Positions 13,866 through 27,285 are shown, numbered from the whole stretch's first letter. The stretch is 63,933 nt of DNA, filler included, from Octopus bimaculoides (GCF_001194135.2; 7 parts of 7 records of this genome joined end to end with filler, not necessarily neighbours in it), one strand, 5' to 3'. Numbers and translations: made by a program. Notes: generated by a model from the letters alone, not told the origin.

Positions 13866-16087
13866 GTTCATAGATACTGACGTGTGTGCGTTTTCGTGTG
13901 CGTGCGAGTATGTGTGGAAGTATTTATGTATATTAATTTGATCATTGCGTTTAGAATTTGGTTCTTCAGTATTTTGAATAAAACTGAAAGATGATATATA
14001 CACGTTGATTCCTTCAAGCATATAGTAATAAAGAGTCTAAACAACAGAACCGCACAGAGTTTGTAGGTTTTAATGGTGTTGCATGTCACACATCACTTTA
14101 TATTCCACTTACTTAATGTATCGTTGGTATATACACATCGCATAGTAAGTATTTCCTTCTATCCTTGAGCAAGTTAGCAATCTGTGCCTGAGTGTTATGT
14201 ATGCATATCTTGAATATATACCATAGTAGTTAGTCAAGGAATTTGATCTGATATGCCAATATATTTTTTCTTGATCACAGGACCGTTGCTACGCATCTGT
14301 TTCTCGCTAACTCTAATATATACTTAACACGCTGGCTAGTTTAAATTCCAGCACTACAGGACCATGTAGAAAAAAGCCACAACATTTCTCTCAAATCACA
14401 CTTCAGAATCATAAGAAAGAATACATTGTATAATATGTCCGTTGGTTCTCTCTTTATAGAAGAAAGACATGAGGTTGGATCGACGCTCAGTCGGGGTTAG
14501 TCAACAAGATAAACATTACCCTGAGGCATGGAGGGTTATGCCAAGTGATGCACAATGTGGTTACACTAACTGCTATACATAGCAGCCAAATCTCCTTCAA
14601 ATCTAACCTAATCGTTTCAGTAGTAAGGACACATTACAGAAATGTTGCATTGTTGATGAACAGTTTGGCGATTGATGTAAAGCTTTTAATCGAAATTCTG
14701 CTCTTTCTGGATTGTCTTAGGGTTAAACATCAACTACAACACCAGCGACAACTTCAGTATCATCTTGGAATAAAAAGCCAAGTCTTCAAATTGCAATATT
14801 TTTGCTTAAAATATAAATTGGATTATGTACTACATGTTCCTCAAAATGGCTGCATTGCTATAGTTAGTATTCTTTTCATATACAACTGTCACAAAAACAA
14901 CAATTATATCTACACAAGCAATAACATAAACAACACCACTGCTAAATGATTCTTGTTTTTATTTTAGTTGAATTCATAATTTTCCTAGAATTCGGACAAA
15001 TTCTTCGTTCTCGCCCTAAGAGAATTTATCCTGCATGTGTAAACGTTAGGCTTCAAAAGATAGTTTTTATTATCAATATGCCAACTCTGATTGACCTTGG
15101 GGATATGGGTAGCATCGGGCCCTTTCTCAGGAATAACGTAGAAAAGCTACAAATTGTACCCTACAAACATACAGTACTTGTCTTGAACCAGTGAGACAGC
15201 CGCTTCCAGGTCGTTAGAAATAGTCACCAAATCTCTCTCAAATCTTTTTTATCGCCTTTCAAAATAAAAAAAAAGACTTCTATTGCATAATATATTCTGA
15301 AAAAATCGATGGGACGATCATGGATCGAATGTCGTTAATCGTAGTTGTGATTATTAAGAGCTTACTTGGGACTAAATACTAACAACAACTACATACATTA
15401 AAATACACCACAAAATATCAGCTGCAGATATTTTGAATACAAATTGTCTTCTAGCTTTGCCATACACAGTATCCATAACCTGAATTATTCGAGTGTATGG
15501 CGGTTGTATATGACAAAGTAACTCAGATGTTTCAATATCATTCACATTACTTGGCTATGTTGACCATCAATAAAGGAGGAAAATATAGTGCCAGTTACTG
15601 AGATATTTTCCACAAGTACATTTTACCTACGCTCGCGGCTAAGATCTAAAGAGCTATAATTATACGCAGTACATGTTAACAACCAACTGGACATAGCTGT
15701 GAAGTTCTAATTAGCTTAGAAATGGAAAAAAAAAGGACTGATACAGTGGATAAATCGTATTGTATTTGCGACCAATGTGCAATTAGTAAAAGCAACATAT
15801 AAATATACGCATGTATGAATGAGTGTGTACGTCTGTATATCATCATATATATATATATGTATATATATGCCTGTATGTGTATATATGTAGATGTGTGTGT
15901 GCGTTACATTATCAGGTATTGCTGATGGAAGTACTCTATATTTAGTAAAGTAAATCCTAATGAGAGTTTTGAGTTGACTAGTATTTCAAATTTCACTTTA
16001 ATGAAGGGCTGCTGGCTGGACATGACATCTTGGCGTAGCATGAACTTAGTGAACTGAAGATTATATCTCTATGCCTCTCACTCTCTT

Positions 16088-16131
<44 letters not shown>

Positions 16132-16168
16132 TCACTACCTCTCTTTCTATCTCTCATTGCATATATAT

Positions 16169-16211
<43 letters not shown>

Positions 16212-17123
16212 NNNNNNNNNNNNNNNNNNNNNNNNNNNNNNNNNNNNNNNNNNNNNNNNNNNNNNNNNNNNNNNNNNNNNNNNNNNNNNNNNNNNNNNNN
16301 NNNNNNNNNNNNNNNNNNNNNNNNNNNNNNNNNNNNNNNNNNNNNNNNNNNNNNNNNNNNNNNNNNNNNNNNNNNNNNNNNNNNNNNNNNNNNNNNNNNN
16401 NNNNNNNNNNNNNNNNNNNNNNNNNNNNNNNNATATATATATATATGTATATACATAGTTAGGGAGACATACATAGAGACATACATACTCTGATAAATAG
16501 ACACATCAAGAAAAGAGAGAATAAGAGAGAGAGACAGGAGAGAAAGATACCTATCTCGCCAAATATTTCTTCAATGCTGACAAGCCTTATATATACTCGA
16601 GTAATGAAAGTTAGTCGGATGTATTCATATATGCGTGATTAGTCCTATTCAATTTGGTGGCTTTGGAAGCTTCGGTTCGAAAGTAATTTTTTCTCAATAT
16701 CCTTTATGCAATAAATGAAATGGAATAATCACCACAGGAAACGTATAAAAGGTTCCACAAGAGCAGTTTTGTGTAAAATTTAACTGTACGTTAGTCGCTA
16801 ATTCCTGAATAAACCGATCACGTCTGATCGAGTTCATTTCTATCTTGATGCTTAATACTGGTTTAAGAGTAGATATTTTTCTAGGTGAAATGGGAGATAT
16901 AGACTTTTAAGTATAATGGCTTCAATAGTTGAGTGGTGCTTATACTAAAATTTCTTCATAGGGGAATTACTAGCGGAACTCGGTGAGATTTGAACCCAGG
17001 GCCTAAAAGAATTCAAGTCAATATCATAACGCTTTTTGTCCATTTACCTAGTAATTCTATGACTCACATTTATAACCCAGAACGCTTAAGAATTTAAGAA
17101 AAATCGCGCTTGTAGAGAAACAC

Positions 17124-17169
<46 letters not shown>

Positions 17170-18269
17170 GGAGGGTTGATACTGTTTTGTGAACACATTT
17201 CAATTGTTAATATTCCTTCATTAATGGAGATATGTAAGATGGTTGACCAGATAATAGGATGTTTCGTTGGTTTTTTTTTCTTATTTAGACAAGACATGTT
17301 TCACTCGGTACAACTGTAAAATTTTAATTGGCCTCAGTCTTGGTTTCCGACCATAAAGAGATCTCTATATTAAGGTTTTCTTCAATCGTATGAACTACAG
17401 TATTCATTTCTATATGTTTCTCATATGTTCCTTTATTTTATCGATCTCTGAAAATAGAATAGCTAAGTTACATTGTAGATATAAAGTACAGCAGGGTCGA
17501 TATAAGGTTTTACACTTGTAAACGTAAATGCAGGTGTCCAATTACATATTTACACACATACCTTTCCCTATACACACAGAGACTCTCTCTCTTTCTCTCT
17601 CTCTCTCTCTAGCACACACACACATACACACACAGAAATGCATGAAGCACTTTTAATGAATATTTTCCTTGCTAAGACTACGAGAATAAAATGCTCTAAT
17701 GATTTGAACATTATAATCCGAAATATCTGTACAAGAAAGAATTGTTGTACAAGCAAAAGAAGCTGTAAAACGATAGAAGCATTTATGACTTCTCATTTGT
17801 TAGCCTTTAGTGCTGTGCATAATATCGAGTTGGTATGGTTAGAAATTGGAACTAAACCTATATCAAGGACTCTATTGAAGAGAACTTATTTTTATCTTGG
17901 AACTGTTTCATTATATGTGTGCAATAACGCAAACACACACAGAGGCAAACATACATACATACATAGATAGCAGCAAACATACAGACACAGAAGAAAGCAT
18001 GCACACACATATATATACATGGTGAAAGAAAGGCAGAAAAGCAAAGAGGGAGATAGATAATAACAAGAAGAATAAAAAGGTGCGAAAAGTTGTTCGGAGG
18101 TAGTGAGAAAGCACTTAAAGGTTATAAGTTCGTATTTCAATGCGTACTTTGAGATATATATATGCTTCAGTTTACCTAAATTTATCCCTTCATTATTTTC
18201 CTTCTTATTGTTCTGTTTTTAGTGTTCTTTTCTTCCCTTGTTTATTCTGCGTGTGTGTGTGTGTGTGTG

Positions 18270-18318
<49 letters not shown>

Positions 18319-20271
18319 GTATAAATATATATACATGTATGTGTGTGTGCGTGTGTATCTGTTTCTTTTAATCGCTTTATATTTGTTTTGGTATGTTTTA
18401 TCATTAGCAAGTTTCTCTGCGGGGCTTGATACAAATCTGAAAGGAAACAAAAAGAAAATGCTTCTCGCTTCTTCACTCATTATTTTAAGAGGATTGTATG
18501 AAAATAGATAAATTTTCCGTCAGTACAAATTGCTTGGAACGTGAAGTGAAAGATTCTGGCAAAATGTCAAACTCAGTAATAACGCCAACAAACTTTGAAC
18601 TGATGTTTACTGGATGAGAACAACATTGGAAAGTTCCTTACATATTTATTGCAAATTATTTCGAAATATCTATGCAAAACAGGTGTAAGTGTTCTCATTC
18701 TTGAAAAAGAAAAGGAAAAACAGTAATGTCATAATCAAGAATAACAACTATGGCAAAGAAGTCAAGAGTAATGTACTTAAGGCCAGCTTAACTTTAAATC
18801 ATCAGAAAATATCTTATTAATTGGTTGTCTGCAGCGTCGGCATTGTCAACATATTAAAGCAAATGTTTAACAATATATTATTCCAATAACATTTGAGGAA
18901 CGAACAACAAGACACGATGCAATAATTGCTTTCACGTGTTTCCTTGACTGTAATGCTGTTCTTGAGTCTCCTTTTATTGCGGAAGTAAGATAAGTATCCC
19001 CCTGGATGGAAGGGTAGTCTGTTTGGTCTATTGCAAACAGATGTTATTATAGACCTTTTACTTTGAAAAAAAAAAAAGAATTATGTACCAGAAGCTAAAG
19101 ATATATGTATTTAAGAGAAAGAAATTAGGAAATAATTATTCTTAACTGCCTAGGTTAGATATTTTAATTAGAAACACTGAAAGTTTTGTGAAAACGATCG
19201 GATTTGTTTTTCTTCAAATAATAGGCTAAAGTGAAAAATCAAGCCAAATTCGTGTTATTTTGAGTCTTGTTTAGCTAATTATACATACATACATACACAC
19301 ATATATATATATTTGTGTGTGTGTGTATGAATATAGGTACCCGTCTACACAATACACACATGTGGGCTCAAATGCACACGCACATATGCATAGTTTATTG
19401 AAAAATAAGCTCAGTAATTTGACATCTATTTATAAGTATTTGTACATTTTACATAGCTAACACCTTTTATATTTCCTGAATATTTTCCCAAATCTTCTCC
19501 ATTTATGTACATTGCTGGTGAATCTCTCATGACAGTTTATAACATGAAATATGAAATTTGTGATTCAAAAAGATACATCAAGTAAAGTAAACTATGTGAC
19601 AGCAATTAGGCTTTACTTATATATATTCTATGCATCTTTTCTATTAATTCATAAATTCGAATTTCTAATCCACAAACTATTATGCAGTAAAGATTATATC
19701 CCTCATAATAAATGTCCGGTATAGGGTCAAGCGTGTTTGTAAAATTGTGGTTGTGAATTCAAACGATCCAATTGAAAAGTTGACGAATGTCAAGACTTAA
19801 TATTTCAGAACATTTACCAATTACATTAAATAACAACGAGTTACTTCTATGAAACAGATGCTTCAAACCAATGTCTACCCCTTAAATACTATATCAAACA
19901 AAAAGTTATGAGTTTCATTTCTAGACAAAGCTAGAATATTAGCTGCGATATAATACCTTCACTTGGTTGAACATTCTGGACGCGGTTGTAGTGTATGGCG
20001 ACAAATCTTCCTCTTCCTTACTTATTATTTTCCATGTATACAACGTTTCCGTTCAAAATGACTTAAGGAATACATGTTATGTTATATCATGCTGAAGATT
20101 TCTAAACAGAATGAAATAGTGCTCTACATAATTATTGACAAGAAGTTTTCGGAACTACCTAATAAATAAGGGGAAACAATTAAGAATGTTCTATGTATTG
20201 TATTTCATAATTTCATATTCAACTTTTTTAAGATCACGAAGTGAGATATCAAGACAATGAATATTTCCCTG

Positions 20272-20650
20272 CTTACCAACCACATGGTTCCGGGTTCAGT
20301 CCCACTGTATGGCACCTTGGGCAGGTGTCTTCTACTATAGCCTTTTGGCCGACCGAAGCTTTGTGAGTGGATTTGGTAGACGGTAAACGAAAGAAGCCCA
20401 TCCTATGCGTGTGTGTATATATATATATGTATGTATGTATTTCTATGTCTGTGTTTGTCCTCCACACCATCGCTTGACAACCGATGTTGGTGTGTTTACG
20501 TACCCATGGCATATTGGTTCGACAAAACAGACCGATAGAAAAAGTACTAGGCTTACAAAGAATATGCCATTGGGTCGATTAGTTCGACTAAAGATGGTGC
20601 TCCAGCATGGCCGTAGACAAATGACGGAAACAAGCGAAAGAATAAAAGAA
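20272..20650 (+). mobile_element. SINE family B (tRNA head, internal TA microsatellite)
   Basis: gggttcagtcccactg...ggcaccttgggcaggtgtcttctactatagcc...ggtgctccagcatggcc...gaaacaag; recurs more than 10 times in the window. Confidence 0.85.
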
Positions 20651-21239
20651 GATATACATGGTATGTGCTTGGGAGCCTTTTTCTTCAAATCTCTTATAAT
20701 TCTTCCACTCAAGCGTACCTAGATTGAGATAACGTTCAGAGATAAAAGCCTTAATGGTAATTAATAGTGTTGATAGAATTTGGTCAAAGTATAAGACAAC
20801 TCACTGAATGAGCATTTAAATTTGGACTAAGTACAACTTCGGTATATTAATCATATACGACATTTTATTCAGACGAATTGGGTTTGTGCTTCTTACATTG
20901 TTGGAGAGGCAGAAGAACTTACTGTTGCTTCACATATAAAGATAGTCATGTCCTGATAATGATTTTGTATGGAGTCTAGGACAACTCCGTTTTAAGTAGT
21001 AAAGTGAAAAAAAAACAAACAAACAAATAATTGAAAAAAAAAGAAAAGATATACAATAAACCAGAATATGAAATCAAGCATTATACGTTTTCAGTTACTG
21101 TCCATGTGGAATTCAATTTAGAATGATCAAATTAAAAGTAGAAATAATAATAATAATAATAGCAATGTAAATAATAACAATGGTCTTAATAATTGTAATA
21201 ATACAGCAAATATAACACTAGACTTGGGTGATGGTGGTG

Positions 21240-21287
<48 letters not shown>

Positions 21288-21857
21288 AATACGAATGACT
21301 ATTTTGTAGGTAACTAAAACGTGAGAAAATACTGTTTCCAATACGTGATGAGACATTCAATTAGAATAACCAATGTTATCTTAGTTTTTTTTTTTTTTTT
21401 TTTTGTCATCTTCCCCACGAAACATACAATTGGACAGAAAGAAGTGGTGAAAATTCTATCTTACTCAGCCATCTACCAGAGCAGCCAGACACTAAAATTT
21501 TCACTCCTCTTCATCGAGCTGTTTCTCTTCATCCCGAAGGATTTGTGTTTTCATTTGTAAAAGCATAATACCATATTTAGAAATGCATTCATATAGGAAT
21601 ATAGTATGTTTGTATTCATGTTCGTTTCGTGTTTAAACATAGACTATGTAACAATAGTATATAGGTAAATAGATAAGAAAATATACGTACATTTTCACAA
21701 ATTGAAGAGATTGATGTCGAAGTCAGGCATACACTTGTACAATCAGAAACGTTATATGCGTGTGCGTGTGGATGTATGGGAGCGTGTGAACCTGCACGCG
21801 TGTGTACATATTTACATGGGTAGTCTCATAGGCATAAACACAATTATACTCACACAT

Positions 21858-22008
<151 letters not shown>

Positions 22009-22147
22009 TGTGTCCATGTATCTATGCTGACATATATATTTATATATATGTTTTTATGCATAGCCTGAAAGAGACAGGGTTCTTTTAGAAGCCCGCAATG
22101 CGTTTATATATATATATATATCTCTTTCTCTCTCTCTCTCTCTCTCC

Positions 22148-22184
<37 letters not shown>

Positions 22185-22531
22185 AACTTGCCTTCTAAGT
22201 ATCTACATTGTCTGCGCTCGACTATATGTGAGGTGAGGGGGTGCTGTTATGCTTCAAACCTAAAATTCAGAAACTATAACCCAGAAAATCTCCTCTGTTA
22301 GGACAAAACCTCGCATTAGCTCAATTGTGTTTGAATATGTGAATATCTTGAAGACAAACAGCAGCAAATCCACTTTCTATGAACGATTGTGACCAACAAA
22401 TCTCACTAGGAATACTGACGTCGACGTTTAACTACCTTATACAGTAACTACTGTCACTGTTTACGTTAGAGAAAACATCGAACACAATGCATTATTCTTC
22501 GTCGTTTCTTTATTCGTTCTATATATATATA

Positions 22532-22631
22532 NNNNNNNNNNNNNNNNNNNNNNNNNNNNNNNNNNNNNNNNNNNNTTAATTAATTAANNNNNNNNNNNNN
22601 NNNNNNNNNNNNNNNNNNNNNNNNNNNNNNN
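22532..22631. other. Artificial 100-bp scaffold spacer N44-TTAATTAATTAA-N44
   Basis: Identical 12-mer with stops in all six frames centred in 100-bp N blocks at 22576, 36543, 52638, 58523, 60579 and 62806; assembly artefact. Confidence 0.95.
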
Positions 22632-22666
22632 AAGTGAAAAATAGATTGAGGGACATTCGTCTACCT

Positions 22667-22943
22667 CAGGGGTTTTCAAACTGTGGTCCGCAAGGACAAG
22701 ACAGGGGGTCCGTAGACAGCAAATACTTTTTATGGGCAATTTGATTTTATATATGTTTTTTAATCGAAATCTTTTAATTGACAATAAACTTATTTGTTAA
22801 ATACTGTTAAATAAATAAATGTAAAAATATGTTATTTTAAGCAAATATTTATGTATAAATTTCATAAGCGTTTATAAGGGGGTACCTAAGGTAAAGCCTG
22901 AAATATAAAGGGGTCCGCAAGTCAAAAAGTTTGAAAACCCCTG
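22667..22943. mobile_element. hAT (Charlie/Buster-like) MITE, copy 1
   Basis: 16-bp TIRs caggggttttcaaact / agtttgaaaacccctg; 8-bp TSD gtctacct/gtctagct (7/8). Confidence 0.9.
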
Positions 22944-24194
22944 GTCTAGCTGATGGCATCTGTCTCATGCCAGTTCGCCAAGGAACCGGTTGTATAAATG
23001 AGTTGCCTTCCTTCCATCAACAGTGAGAAATACATGCTTAAATTATCTCCCCTTTATGCAGCTTTGTTTTCTAATCAACAAAACAGGGAAGACCATGTTT
23101 CTAAACTGAATTTCCTGTCATGAGGGCATCATCTCCGAACAGAAATTCCGTAAATCCTCTAACCCTTTTCAACGCAAGACTACTTTCGATATACGTCTTC
23201 CTAAATATTCCAACAGAGCTTTAGTTTTCCCTGATAAGCAAAAAGACCGACACTTATGATAGGCTGTGACGGAATAAGCATTACAGAATCATCTGAATGC
23301 TGAGGGGTTAAATCAGTGATTTTCAACCGGGTTCCTTATGAGCCTTGAGGGTTCACACAAGAAAAAAATGATAAACTGGGGACCCGCAGTCATATTTTAA
23401 GAGTTTGCAAAAACAAATGCTTGTTTTAGATGTATTTATTGCAAGAAACAGTGATGTTTCTCTATTTTAACATGCATCCGGTCTCTCTCGCGGAGGTGTT
23501 ATTACAAATCTAATGTGACTGTGATAAAACAAAATAGGAATTTTAATAGAAGTATCTATAAAACTAGTTTTTAAACATCGAATAGCTATGAGTGTCCGCT
23601 AGTAACCAACAGGATTTATACTTCAAAAAACAGCTAAGGGGTATCGTTTTAAAAATATGACATCAATCATTCTCACTCCGACGGAAAAACAAGTTCAAAT
23701 ACAGAGTTTCCTCCCTTGAAATATTTTCTGGAGTTACTTCCCTTGTTTTTTCATTATAAGTTCGTTTCTCTCCCAATTTTCCCCACTATTCGAGCGACTG
23801 AAATACCCTGCTCATTGAATGAACGGGTATGTGGCTGAGTATTCCACAGAAACGTATACACAAGCGCGGAAACAGCATGACTCACTGTTACAAGCATTCA
23901 AGCCATCAGATAGGCTTCCAAACAGTTTCCGATTATCCAAATGTACACACACATACAAGATATTGGTCAAATGAAGGATGTAGAAAAAGGACATTTGCCC
24001 AAGGTGCCTTACAGTGGAATTGAAACGTGGCAAACTCCTTTACCCTTAAATGAAGAAGAATTCAGCATGATTTCTTTAGTCCTGGAATCAATTCTTCTTC
24101 TTCCTCAACTTCAAAGAGTGTGGTTGGTGCTTTTGGTGTGACACCAGCATGGGTGCTCTTTATGTGATGTCAGTACAAATGCTATTTATATATA

Positions 24195-24577
24195 TGTACT
24201 CTCTCTTTTACTTGTTTCAGTCATTTGACTGTGGCCATGCTGGAGCACCACCTTTAGTCAAGCAAATCGACCCCAGGACTTATTCTTTGTAAGCCTAGTA
24301 CTTATTCTATCGGTCTCTTTTTTTTTTTGCCAAACTGCTATGTTACAGGGACGTAAAAACACCAGCATCGATTGTCAAGCGATGTTGGAGGGGCAAACAC
24401 AAACATATATATACATGATAGGCTTCTTTCAATTTCTGTCTACCAAAATCCATTCACAAGGCTTTGGTCAGCCTGAGGCTATAATAGAAGACACTTGCCC
24501 AAGGTGCCATGCAGTGGGACTGAACCCAGAACCATGTGGTTGATAAGCAAGCTACTTACCACACAGCCACTCCTGCA
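24195..24577 (-). mobile_element. SINE family B, near full length
   Basis: Reverse complement of the family B consensus, including the head gtgcaggagtggctgtgtggtaagtagc. Confidence 0.85.
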
Positions 24578-24591
24578 CTTTCTGTGTGACA

Positions 24592-24705
24592 CTTACAGCA
24601 CCTAGGTTTCCCAAGCGGTCACCCATCTAAGTACTAACTAGGCTCAACGTTGCTTAACTTTGGTGATCAGATGAGAACCGGTGCCCTCAACGTGATATGG
24701 CCGTA
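24592..24705 (-). pseudogene. 5S rRNA pseudogene
   Basis: Reverse complement tacggccatatcacgttgagggcaccggttctcatctgatcaccaaagttaagcaacgttgagcctagttagtacttagatgggtgaccgcttgggaaacctaggtgctgt follows the animal 5S rRNA sequence with multiple substitutions; solitary, no oligo-T terminator. Confidence 0.9.
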
Positions 24706-24807
24706 AAAATATTTTTTAAAAATGAAGAAAAAACACAAGTTCTCATTCCTAAGGTATTTTTCGATGGAATCATGGAGTTAGTAGCCCATGCTTTTAACCA
24801 CAGGGAT

Positions 24808-25062
24808 ATGGCGTAGTGGTTAAAAGCACGGGCTACTAACCCCAAGATTCCAAGCAGTAACCTGAATAATAATAATAATAATAATAACAACATCGAAGAA
24901 GACCTTAGAAATGAGAACCCAGGTTCGAAATTTCCCCAAGACACCTGATGAATGCTGGAGGGTATATCAGCCGAAACGTTGTGTTAACAACAAACAAGAT
25001 GAGGACAAATATCCGTCAAATGTAAATAATGTACAGAATTCCTCACCTCTTAAATATAGATC
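24808..25062 (+). mobile_element. tRNA-headed SINE-like element with 3' hammerhead motif, copy 1
   Basis: Box A tggcgtagtgg (box B partly deleted in this copy), (AAT)n linker, then acac-CTGATGA-a-tgctg...cagcc-GAAA-cg-tt-gtgt; homologous to 34487-34735. Confidence 0.75.
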
Positions 25063-25149
25063 TGAACTCGTCTAAAGACAGGAACCGGGTTCAGTGTATA
25101 GAGAGCCATCGGTCTGATCCCCATCTTGCATGGATCATCTATCAGCACC

Positions 25150-25440
25150 ACCCATTCATGACTCCTTGAGCATTTCCATCAGAGCTACCTTTGCATCATT
25201 CTCAGCATCCACTGGAATGACTTTGTCCACTAACACTGAGTCCTAGAGCAGGTGAAGGTCACCAGGATGAAGAGTCACAGATGCTTTAAGAGTATGCTGT
25301 ATGGTGAACCCATCTGTGGTCACCATGAGAGGAGAACACCAAAAGAAGAAGTACAAGGACTCCCGAAAGAAGTTCCATGGAAGGTTGATCAAATATAGTA
25401 ATGATTCCAGAAAGTTTTTCCAGAACCATGCGATTAACAA
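25150..25440 (+). mobile_element. RTE (BovB-like) LINE 3' coding remnant
   Basis: Frameshifted translation LEHFHQSYLCIILSIHWNDF...VTRMKSHRCFKSMLYGEPICGHHERRTPKKKYKDS matches the RTE C-terminal pattern. Confidence 0.65.
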
Positions 25441-25741
25441 GAGAGAGAGAGAAATTCGTCTTTTATCACATCATTGAACTAAAAAATTCAAAGATTGTTT
25501 GCCAACATAACATGGCAGTCCTGCTGAATATCCCACGTTGTGAGATTTAAAATAAGTAATTTTTAAAAAATTCAAAAACGAAATTGTTGAAAAGGCACCA
25601 ATTTTGAAAATCGTGCTCAGGGGAAGTAGTTGCTCCCCTTGCTCTGCTATTAGCTATGCCACTACTATCCAGCATGGTCCTACCAGGAGCATACGATCTG
25701 TTGGGACCACTCTCGGGGTCATCAAGGCATACACTCTACTA

Positions 25742-26006
25742 CAGGGGTTTTCAAACTGTGGTCCGCGGACCACAGTGGGTCTGTAGACAGCAAATACTTT
25801 TTATGGGCAAGTTGATTTTATATATGTTTCTTAATAGAAATCTTTTAATTGACAATAAACCTATTTGTTAAATAAATAAATGTAAAAATATATTTTATTT
25901 TAAGCAAATATTTATGTATAAATTTCATAAGCGTTTATAAGGGGGTCCCTGAGGTAAAGCCTGAAATATAAAGGGGTCTGCAAGTCAAAAAGTTTGAAAA
26001 CCCCTG
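25742..26006. mobile_element. hAT (Charlie/Buster-like) MITE, copy 2
   Basis: Same TIRs and interior as copy 1; perfect 8-bp TSD ctctacta. Confidence 0.92.
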
Positions 26007-26189
26007 CTCTACTATATGACAGCAAAGACAGGACCTTGTATGTGCTCTTTCTCCCTGACTTTAGAAGCTGGCTGTGCCTCTGCAGGACAGATTGTGGGAT
26101 AGAGACCTCCTTCAAAGCAGGATCCCCTGACTTTAATGCACTCTGGTCACTTCGTGAAGGGGCCCTTCACATGGTGAAGGTGTCCAGAA

Positions 26190-26745
26190 CCTTTGTCACA
26201 GCCTCCTTCAATGTCTTCAAAACGATGTTCCCCTTCAGCTTCGGGAACAACCAAAAGTCACAGAGAGCAAAATCTGGACTTTAGGAAACAACGGAAAGAT
26301 AGAAGAGGCTGCAATACAAGGAACTTTCTAGAAGTTCCGAGACTTCTCCAGAAGAGATATTTATTAATTTCAAACAAGTATAAAACTCTAATCCCCATCA
26401 AAGTAGGACCCTCTCATTTCATTGCCCTTGTAGTACCCCAGCCACTTCTTGAAAGCCCCAGGAAAATCTTCCAATTTGACGGTGTCCAGGATCCTTGTCA
26501 CAGCTTCCTTCAGTTTAGGGAAGAGCCAAAAGTCACAGGGAGCAAGGTCTGGACTGTAGGGAGGGCAAGGGGACAGTCTTGATTCCCGTCTCTATCAAGT
26601 AGTTGATTACCAGAATAGAATTGTAGACAGGTGTATTGTCCTGATTCAGGTGTTCTGGCCTTTTGCAAAAAAATCTCATCCTGACCTTACTCAAAAACTC
26701 AACAAAGTACCTTTTCAATTCTATATTTAAGAGATGAGAAATTAT
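26190..26745 (-). mobile_element. Two tandem mariner catalytic-region remnants
   Basis: Minus strand SPDFALCDFWLFPKLKG (26200-26280) and QDNTPVYNS.../YSPDLAPCDFWLFPKLKE (26500-26700). Confidence 0.7.
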
Positions 26746-27285
26746 ATACATTATTTATATTTGATGGATATTTGTCCTCATCTTGTTTGTTGTTAACACG
26801 TTTCGGCTGATATACCCTCCAGCGGTCTTGGAGAAATTTCGAACCTGGGTTCTAATTTCTAAGACATTTTTCGATAATGAGTGTCTTTAGGCTATTGTGT
26901 TAGATATATATATATAGAAGCATACATACACATGGAGATCTTTCAATTTGCATCTACCTAATGTACTCACAAGGCATTGATTGGCTCAACAATATAGCAG
27001 AAGAATATTATATATATATATATAGTCACTACGAGGATATATAAACCTCTTACAAGGACGGCTTCATGCAAGTTACACTGGTTTAATATATTATATTCCG
27101 TGTGAACTGAAGCAATTGCAGTCCTTATTAAAAACGTTAATAAATTAATTCATATCCATTAAATCTCTCCATTTTCTTGGTGTATAAGCTGACCCATCTT
27201 TTTGTGGGGCTGTAAATTTTGTTCAGAAAATCTTGGCTGGTATGCTGGAAAATGTATCTCATATTTATCTCTCTAAGTATGTATG

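Noticed and set aside
20923-20952. Possible 30-nt minus-strand micro-exon (DMTIFICEAT, donor gtaagt)
   Set aside because: Weak acceptor and no partner exons; such matches are expected by chance in 64 kb.
22576-22587. Recurrent palindrome TTAATTAATTAA (six occurrences)
   Set aside because: Always centred in a 100-bp N block and encodes stops in all six frames; a scaffolding spacer, not biology.
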